Source: a virus
Taxonomy: Duplodnaviria > Caudoviricetes
DNA: 29,464 bases
Strand: one strand, 5' to 3'
IMG/VR virus record: IMGVR_UViG_3300028638_000041
Span: 1-29,464 of that record
The notes under the pieces: generated by a model
What the model was told of the DNA's origin: nothing
Seen by the model: the letters and a program-made list of their open reading frames with translations, nothing else
Databases searched by the model: none
Part shown: piece after piece, positions 24,215 to 29,464 of the stretch
Layout of the letters: each line of letters begins with the position of its first letter
Numbering within the stretch: the first letter of the stretch is position 1
Made by a program: the position numbers and the translations under genes

Positions 24215-25276
24215 ATGGAATTCCAAGATGCTATGAAAAAATTAAGCGAACGTGTTATCAAGTACAAAGATCAGATTACAACTGAGGAAGCAACCAAAAC
24301 AGCACTGATAATGCCTTTTTTCGATACCCTTGGATTCGATACTAGAAATCCTTTTGAGTTTGTTCCGGAATTCACTGCAGATGTTGGCCTTAAAAAAGGT
24401 GAAAAGGTTGATTATGCAATTTTGATTGAAGATAAGCCAGTTGTTTTGATAGAAGCGAAATCTTGCACAGAAATGTTAGATAAACACGACTCACAATTGA
24501 TTAGATATTTTCATACCACTCAAGCCAAAATCGCGATACTAACAAACGGCGTTATTTACAAATTTTTTACAGATCTCGAAGAAACAAATAAAATGGATCT
24601 TAAACCATTTTTGGAAATTGATCTTAGTTCACTCAAAGACAGTGAAATAGCGGAGCTTAAAAAATTTTTCAAATCAAATTTTGATGTTGCGAACATTTTA
24701 TCAACAGCAGAAGAATTAAAATATTTAAGCGCGATTAAACGTCAATTCATTTCACAAATTGAACAACCAAGTGAGCAATTTATTGATTATTTTCTTAGTA
24801 CTACATACGAAGGTAAAAAAACAAAGTCTATTAAGGATAAATTCACTCCGATTGTAAAAAAGGCTGTCTTAGAAGTAATTAATGACACTGTGAGAAATAA
24901 ATTAGAATCGGTTTTATCATCAAAAGAAAAAAGCGAAAGTATCATACCAGTTAAAGAGGTTGTCGAAGAATTACCATTGATAGTCACAACTGAAGAAGAG
25001 ACTATGGCGTATTATATAGTTAAATCGATATGCGCTGAGTTCATAAACCCAGACAGAGTAAGCTATAAAGATACAACAAATTATTTTAATATCATTATAG
25101 ACTCGAAAGTGACCAAATGGATTACTCGTCTGTACTTAAATTCAAGAGCAAAATATATCTCATTCCCATCTAGCTCACCAGATCTTAGAGAAGACAAAAT
25201 TCTTATTGAAAAAATCGAAGACATTTACCTATATAGAATAAGAATAGCTGAGGAAATAAAAAAATATCTAGATTAG
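24215..25276 (+). CDS. HsdR_N-like (type I restriction R N-terminal, PD-(D/E)xK) nuclease domain protein
   Basis: TEEATK.ALI.PF...LG, VPEF.AD, KVDYAI, IEAK, QL.RYF, ILTNG..Y.FF.D. Confidence 0.85.
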   Translation: MEFQDAMKKLSERVIKYKDQITTEEATKTALIMPFFDTLGFDTRNPFEFVPEFTADVGLKKGEKVDYAILIEDKPVVLIEAKSCTEMLDKHDSQLIRYFHTTQAKIAILTNGVIYKFFTDLEETNKMDLKPFLEIDLSSLKDSEIAELKKFFKSNFDVANILSTAEELKYLSAIKRQFISQIEQPSEQFIDYFLSTTYEGKKTKSIKDKFTPIVKKAVLEVINDTVRNKLESVLSSKEKSESIIPVKEVVEELPLIVTTEEETMAYYIVKSICAEFINPDRVSYKDTTNYFNIIIDSKVTKWITRLYLNSRAKYISFPSSSPDLREDKILIEKIEDIYLYRIRIAEEIKKYLD

Positions 25277-25292
25277 ACTTCAAGAGGTTGCT

Positions 25293-25781
25293 ATGACCAA
25301 ATACGAACAAATCATTGATGATTACGAAAATCATAATATTAATCTGTACGAACAGCCAAGTGAAAATTTTCCAAACGATGTTAGCGCTCTTTATTATGAG
25401 GACAAAGATTGTCGTTTTGTAGTATATAACTGCGATATCGACGATGTTGCAGAGAAAAATTGTATTTTAGCTGAGGAACTTGGTCACTATCGCACTTCAT
25501 CAGGAGACCTTCTCTTTAATGAACTTCAGATAAATGTGATGAAGCAAGAAGAGACTGCGCGACGTTGGGCAGATGAATATCTTATTTCACCACATGAAAT
25601 TGCTGATGCTATTAACAAAGGTTGCATGTGTGTGGAAGATCTGGTAGATCACTTTTGTATATCGCACGAATATCTTCATCAAGCTATAGATCGTTACATT
25701 TGTCGTTATGGAATATATTTTGAGATTGATGTTACAACCATGCTATGTTTCAAACCTTTAGGATTGTTAAAACTCATATGA
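25293..25781 (+). CDS. immA: ImmA/IrrE-family metalloprotease (anti-repressor)
   Basis: LAEELGHY.T..G and KQE..ARRWA...LI motifs. Confidence 0.88.
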   Translation: MTKYEQIIDDYENHNINLYEQPSENFPNDVSALYYEDKDCRFVVYNCDIDDVAEKNCILAEELGHYRTSSGDLLFNELQINVMKQEETARRWADEYLISPHEIADAINKGCMCVEDLVDHFCISHEYLHQAIDRYICRYGIYFEIDVTTMLCFKPLGLLKLI

Positions 25782-25873
25782 AAGGCAGCGAAAAAATAAG
25801 CCCCTTAGGTTTTAATAATTACAATTGGGTATTAAAAGTACTAGTTGTAAATTATTGAAAAGGAGGAACAAGC

Positions 25874-26527
25874 ATGAAAAAAAGTTTATCAATCCTATTT
25901 GCACTAGTTCTTTTGTTAACAGGTTGCGGAGGAAATGCCGAACCAACAGCTACCGATTCATCACAGCCAGCAGTCCAAACTGAGCAGCCGGCACCACCCA
26001 CTCCATCAGAAACTGCAACACCAAATCAATCCGAAAATTCAGCATCAGACGACTCTGAAATTGGCGTTTCCCAAGATGTCGAATTTGGAACATTTACAGT
26101 CATTAAGAAAATGAAAGGTATTGATAAAACAATCAGTTCAGGACCATTCGAAGTTACAGTCCACGCAATACAAATTGGTGTTGCTGAACCTAACGAAACA
26201 TATAAGCCAATGTTTGATGAAAAAGATAAGGTTTCAGTTGTAACAATCGAAATGACGGTTGAAAATAAAAGCGATAAGACAAATTCATTTTATCCGGATC
26301 AGGGGACCATTGTGACAAATACTAAAACTCAAGCCTCGGCAAATATTTGGTTCAGTGATTCAGTCGGAGGCGACTTCATTGGTGAAGTCGTAAAAAAAGG
26401 CAACGTTATTTTTTTAATAGATGATGATCCTCAAAATATTAGTTTAATTAAATATGTAATTGGTGGTCCATTCGATGGCGATTTTAATAGCATCGGAGAA
26501 GATATTACATTCGAACTAAGCTTTTAG
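25874..26527 (+). CDS. Lipoprotein (DUF4352-like fold), candidate superinfection exclusion protein
   Basis: MKK signal peptide with LTGC lipobox, Pro/Ser/Thr-rich linker, V.N.S...FYPDQ...GEV.K.G.V.F domain. Confidence 0.8.
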   Translation: MKKSLSILFALVLLLTGCGGNAEPTATDSSQPAVQTEQPAPPTPSETATPNQSENSASDDSEIGVSQDVEFGTFTVIKKMKGIDKTISSGPFEVTVHAIQIGVAEPNETYKPMFDEKDKVSVVTIEMTVENKSDKTNSFYPDQGTIVTNTKTQASANIWFSDSVGGDFIGEVVKKGNVIFLIDDDPQNISLIKYVIGGPFDGDFNSIGEDITFELSF

Positions 26528-26533
26528 TTGCAT

Positions 26534-26572
26534 AAAAAGTGCGCCATACTGTTGAAATTGCAGTATGGCGCA
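26534..26572. terminator. Strong hairpin terminator after the lipoprotein gene (U-tract on minus strand)
   Basis: TGCGCCATACTG/CAGTATGGCGCA 12-bp stem with AAAAA on its left. Confidence 0.75.
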
Positions 26573-26654
26573 TAACGTTTGAGCAGTTGAACTGAACTTC
26601 AGGGATGCATTGAATCAATACCTTATATCAACATTTCCATTTATCAATCTCAGT

Positions 26655-26722
26655 AATATCACTTTTTAGGATTTTTGATATTAACACTGCAATAAATATC
26701 ACTTTTCTTTGATTTTGATATT
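26655..26722. repeat. Two 28-bp palindromic sites AATATCA-N14-TGATATT, 40 bp apart
   Basis: 26655-26682 and 26695-26722. Confidence 0.75.
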
Positions 26723-26767
26723 TTCTTATGAGACTCTAACTATGTATTTTGCATAGAATGCTATTTA

Positions 26768-26830
26768 AAAGGCCATCAGATCCAGATTGTGAACGAGCTG
26801 GACTTCTGGGACGCGTTGAATGATGTTTAG
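26768..26830 (+). pseudogene. Possible BRCT-domain C-terminal remnant
   Basis: KGHQIQIVNELDFWDALNDV* with no start codon or RBS; GC-richer than its flanks. Confidence 0.4.
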
Positions 26831-26949
26831 TTTAGTAATTTAGCTTTTGAACACAAATTATAACATAGCCTCTTGACTACCATGTTTGACCAACATAGGT
26901 TAATTCTATGGTATAATCAATTAAACTTAATTGGAGGCTTGATCTATTA

Positions 26950-27762
26950 ATGAATATTTGGATTGAACATAATCAAAATCTTATAGATTTCATTTCAAAA
27001 CTAATGACAATATTAGCCGTTGGATTTGCAGCAATTCAAGCTTCGTTATTAAAGAGAGATTTTGAGGTAAAAAACAGAAGGGCAAGTATTGAAAAAGCAG
27101 TTGAATTGTCAAAATTTTATGCTGATGAAATTTTAAATGATATTGCATATATTTTTTACGTATACAAAATGACTAACTTGGATCAAATATGCAATAGAAT
27201 CGACTCAGAATTAATCCACTTATTTGATATTCAGGAACTTAGTGATTTGCTTAGCAAAAAAGATATCGATGAATATAATAATAAATTCAAATCAATACAA
27301 CCAGAACTTCTTATTGTTGCTTATTCAAATATTTACTCAATTGAACAAGGGTTATCATTTAATATCTTCGAAGAGTATCAATCTGCAAACCCAAATGCCA
27401 AACGACAAATCGCAAATAAAATGACTGTTAACTTTAATAATATCAAAGGTAGATTAATGAATAATTTGGAATATTTTGCTATGAGTTTTAATGATGGCGT
27501 TGCAGATGAAGCAACCGTTTACCAATCTTTACATCAGTCTTTCATAAAAATTGCAAAACTTTTATATATTGATATTGCGACAATCAACAAATCAGAGTGT
27601 GACAAATACTATACTCATTTAATTGATATGTTTAACAGATGGCATTCAATCTACCTTGAAAATTACAGAGAAGAATGCCTCAAAGAATCGGAACTCCGAG
27701 ATAGAATAAATGAACTTAAGAGTAATAAGACTGAAATATCAAAAAGAAGAAAAAGGCGATGA
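26950..27762 (+). CDS. AT-rich membrane-anchored hypothetical protein (DUF4760-like), moron/cargo gene
   Basis: Own extended -10 TGgTATAAT (26909-26917) and GGAGG RBS; N-terminal TM helix; N.LEYFAM.F..GVADE..VYQSLHQ.F motif. Confidence 0.75.
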   Translation: MNIWIEHNQNLIDFISKLMTILAVGFAAIQASLLKRDFEVKNRRASIEKAVELSKFYADEILNDIAYIFYVYKMTNLDQICNRIDSELIHLFDIQELSDLLSKKDIDEYNNKFKSIQPELLIVAYSNIYSIEQGLSFNIFEEYQSANPNAKRQIANKMTVNFNNIKGRLMNNLEYFAMSFNDGVADEATVYQSLHQSFIKIAKLLYIDIATINKSECDKYYTHLIDMFNRWHSIYLENYREECLKESELRDRINELKSNKTEISKRRKRR

Positions 27763-27778
27763 TCACCATCGCCTTTTT
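27751..27778. terminator. Bidirectional intrinsic terminator
   Basis: AAAAAGGCGATG-atcac-CATCGCCTTTTT. Confidence 0.85.
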
Positions 27779-27785
27779 ATATCAT

Positions 27786-27872
27786 CTATTTTTGTTTTGA
27801 ATCTTTATTAGTTCCTTTAGTATCTTTTGATTTAGGAGTAATGTCAATATAATCACAGAATTGGCCCCACAT
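27786..27872 (-). CDS. 28-aa peptide convergent with the cargo gene (not in ORF track)
   Basis: AAAGGAGGGG RBS; MWGQFCDYIDITPKSKDTKGTNKDSKQK*; ends just before the bidirectional terminator. Confidence 0.65.
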   Translation of the reverse strand: MWGQFCDYIDITPKSKDTKGTNKDSKQK

Positions 27873-28142
27873 ATTAACCCCTCCTTTTTTTAGAATGGCA
27901 CCATAAGTACGTTATTCTTTACTTAAGTATTACCCATTTAAATATCAAATATGCTAATAGTCTAACACACTTGGCAAATAAGTCAATTATAAAAAGAATG
28001 CTTATGAAATATCTTTAATTGATTTTGTTTCTATTTATATTCTATCACATTGTGTCAAGTACTATATATTGTTAAAAATTAGTATTTACGCCCTATATAC
28101 CGTTTTTCAAATTAATACACATTGCGAAACGAGGTGAACATC

Positions 28143-29261
28143 ATGCGTGGCTCCATTGTAAAAAAAGGCAAGAAGTATTACATCGTCTTGGATCTCGACC
28201 GTGAACCTGGTGAAAAGCGCAATCAGAAATGGATCTCCGGCTTTGATCGGCGTAAGGATGCAGAAGACGCGCTGCCTGGTGTCCTGATTGAATATCAGAA
28301 TGGATTCTTACAGTCTTCGGACCCAAAGATCACCGTAAAAAAGTATCTGACAGACTGGATCGACGCTCATGAAGACAAGCTGGCCAAGAGCACAGCTAAA
28401 AGTTATCGCGAGACCATCAATAACTATCTGATCCCAAACATCGGATCAATCAAGCTACGTAATCTTGCGCCAGCTTCGATCCAGAAGCTCTACAAACATC
28501 TCCTGAAAGACCTTAGCCCTACAACCGTCCTTTACGTCCACCGGATCCTGAAAGGCGCTCTAAAGCAAGCAGTGTTCCTGAAACTCATACCTTATAACCC
28601 AGCTGATGCAGTTAAGCCGCCAAGAAAAGCAGACCCCAAGGACAACACATTAAAAATTGATGATGTCCCAAAGATTCTTGAGGCGCTGACAGAGCCACTA
28701 TATACTTGTGTGCTTATAGCGCTCACAACAGGCCTCAGACGCGGAGAAATATGCGCGCTGACTTGGGATATGATTGACACTAAAAGCGCGCGAATCTACG
28801 TCAGCGAATCCGTCAGGGATATAAAAGGCGAGCTGGTAATAACCAAAACTAAAACAGGAAAAGGCCGGACCGTCGTCATGATGAACGAACTTGTTCGGCA
28901 CCTGGAGAAGATCCAGCGGCAGCAGAAAGAAGACCGGCTCTTCTTCGGCGCTGAATACAAAACTGATTCAAATTATGTCGTCAGATGGGAAGATGGCCGC
29001 CGCGTGAAGCCGGACTATATCTCTTCAGCATTTCACAACGCCATGATCAAGCTTGGTTTTGCGGAGGTCAGATTTCACGACCTCAGACACACCCACGCGA
29101 CTATGCTGCTGGTCTCAGGTACCAACCCAAAGATCGTCCAGGAACGCCTTGGCCATGCCTCAATAACCACGACGCTCAATACTTATTCCCACGTCATTCC
29201 GGACATGCAGTCTGAGTCCGTTAGCAAGCTGGAGCATGATCTGTTTAAGAAGGTTAAGTAG
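28143..29261 (+). CDS. int: Prophage tyrosine integrase with N-terminal arm-binding domain
   Basis: MRGSIVKKG..YYIV arm-binding domain, SAM-like domain, GLRRGE, HDLRHTHAT, LGH, TYSH. Confidence 0.97.
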   Translation: MRGSIVKKGKKYYIVLDLDREPGEKRNQKWISGFDRRKDAEDALPGVLIEYQNGFLQSSDPKITVKKYLTDWIDAHEDKLAKSTAKSYRETINNYLIPNIGSIKLRNLAPASIQKLYKHLLKDLSPTTVLYVHRILKGALKQAVFLKLIPYNPADAVKPPRKADPKDNTLKIDDVPKILEALTEPLYTCVLIALTTGLRRGEICALTWDMIDTKSARIYVSESVRDIKGELVITKTKTGKGRTVVMMNELVRHLEKIQRQQKEDRLFFGAEYKTDSNYVVRWEDGRRVKPDYISSAFHNAMIKLGFAEVRFHDLRHTHATMLLVSGTNPKIVQERLGHASITTTLNTYSHVIPDMQSESVSKLEHDLFKKVK

Positions 29262-29293
29262 TATTTTTTAGTCCGTTAGAAGCGCGTTAGAAG
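29215..29293. promoter_or_regulatory. Putative integrase arm-type binding repeats
   Basis: AGTCCGTTAG at 29215 and 29270; CGTTAGAAG at 29274 and 29285, between int and the tRNA. Confidence 0.55.
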
Positions 29294-29311
29294 ATTACTA
29301 TAATATGTAAA

Positions 29312-29350
29312 TAAAATGAACCGCTTCATTCGCTGAAGCGGTTCATTTTA
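29312..29350. terminator. Bidirectional terminator between int and tRNA
   Basis: Perfect 17-bp stem TAAAATGAACCGCTTCA/TGAAGCGGTTCATTTTA. Confidence 0.85.
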
Positions 29351-29362
29351 CTGAGTTTTGAA

Positions 29363-29438
29363 TGGAGCCGGTGATGGGACTCGAACCCGCAACCTACTGA
29401 TTACAAGTCAGTTGCTCTGCCAATTGAGCTACACCGGC
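29363..29438 (-). tRNA. tRNA-Thr(UGU); probable integration target
   Basis: GCCGGTGTAGCTCAATTGGCAGAGCAACTGACTTGTAATCAGTAGGTTGCGGGTTCGAGTCCCATCACCGGCTCCA, 76 nt, TGT anticodon, encoded CCA. Confidence 0.97.
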
Positions 29439-29443
29439 AAATA

Positions 29444-29464
29444 TGGCGACCTGGAAGGGACTCG
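29444..29464 (-). tRNA. 3' end of the next host tRNA, probably tRNA-Asp (truncated by the window)
   Basis: CGAGTCCCTTCCAGGTCGCCA: T-arm, acceptor strand, G discriminator and CCA. Anticodon not visible. Confidence 0.7.

Larger units (their letters stand above)
1..29438. mobile_element. Temperate siphovirus-type prophage (right part), integrated at tRNA-Thr; continues beyond the left edge of the window
   Basis: Canonical module order: tail, head, packaging, replication, CI/Cro, integrase, ending at a tRNA 3' end. Strong GGAGG/GAGGTG RBSs and sigmaA-type promoters suggest a Bacillota host. Confidence 0.97.

Noticed and set aside
26655-26722. Mini-CRISPR array
   Set aside because: Only two imperfect 28-bp units separated by 12 bp, too short for a spacer; no cas genes.
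27786-27872. Arbitrium-type signalling peptide
   Set aside because: No hydrophobic signal sequence and no TPR/RRNPP receptor in the window.
28141-29215. Short alternative-frame and antisense ORFs within int, and similar ones inside TMP, TerL, portal and rep
   Set aside because: Fully nested in well-supported genes, without RBS or recognisable motifs.
1-29464. Diversity-generating retroelement, retron, IS element or lysis cassette
   Set aside because: No reverse transcriptase, transposase, holin or endolysin recognised. Lysis and receptor-binding genes presumably lie beyond the left edge.

Overview
The window is the right-hand ~29.4 kb of a temperate siphovirus-type prophage of a Bacillota (Clostridia-like) host. 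It is integrated at the 3' end of a tRNA-Thr(UGU) gene (minus strand, 29363-29438), next to the 3' end of a probable tRNA-Asp. Reading right to left: (1) tyrosine integrase; (2) an AT-rich lysogeny/cargo block with a membrane-anchored hypothetical protein plus a convergent 28-aa peptide, a lipoprotein, ImmA-like protease, an HsdR_N-like nuclease and the CI repressor; (3) a CI/Cro switch with TTCC-N5-GGAA-like operators; (4) a leftward early/replication operon with many micro-ORFs, an initiator containing iterons, a second short tyrosine recombinase, YopX-like, Lar-like, radical SAM, SSB, MazG-like genes and a late activator; (5) an HK97-type late operon (HNH, TerS, TerL, portal, ClpP-type protease, capsid, connectors, major tail, frameshifted tail chaperone, tape measure). 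The most notable signals outside standard annotation are: a ~280-bp inverted-repeat-flanked cassette around the only counter-oriented early gene, which would become translationally coupled to its neighbour if flipped, in a phage that also encodes a FimB-sized recombinase; a multi-hairpin late-operon leader with a long-range anti-Shine-Dalgarno; an in-frame TGA in the post-capsid gene; apparent AUA/AUU start codons; a Cys-to-Tyr change in the radical SAM motif; and paired 28-bp palindromic sites in the cargo region. All family calls come from motif recognition and gene order, not database searches.
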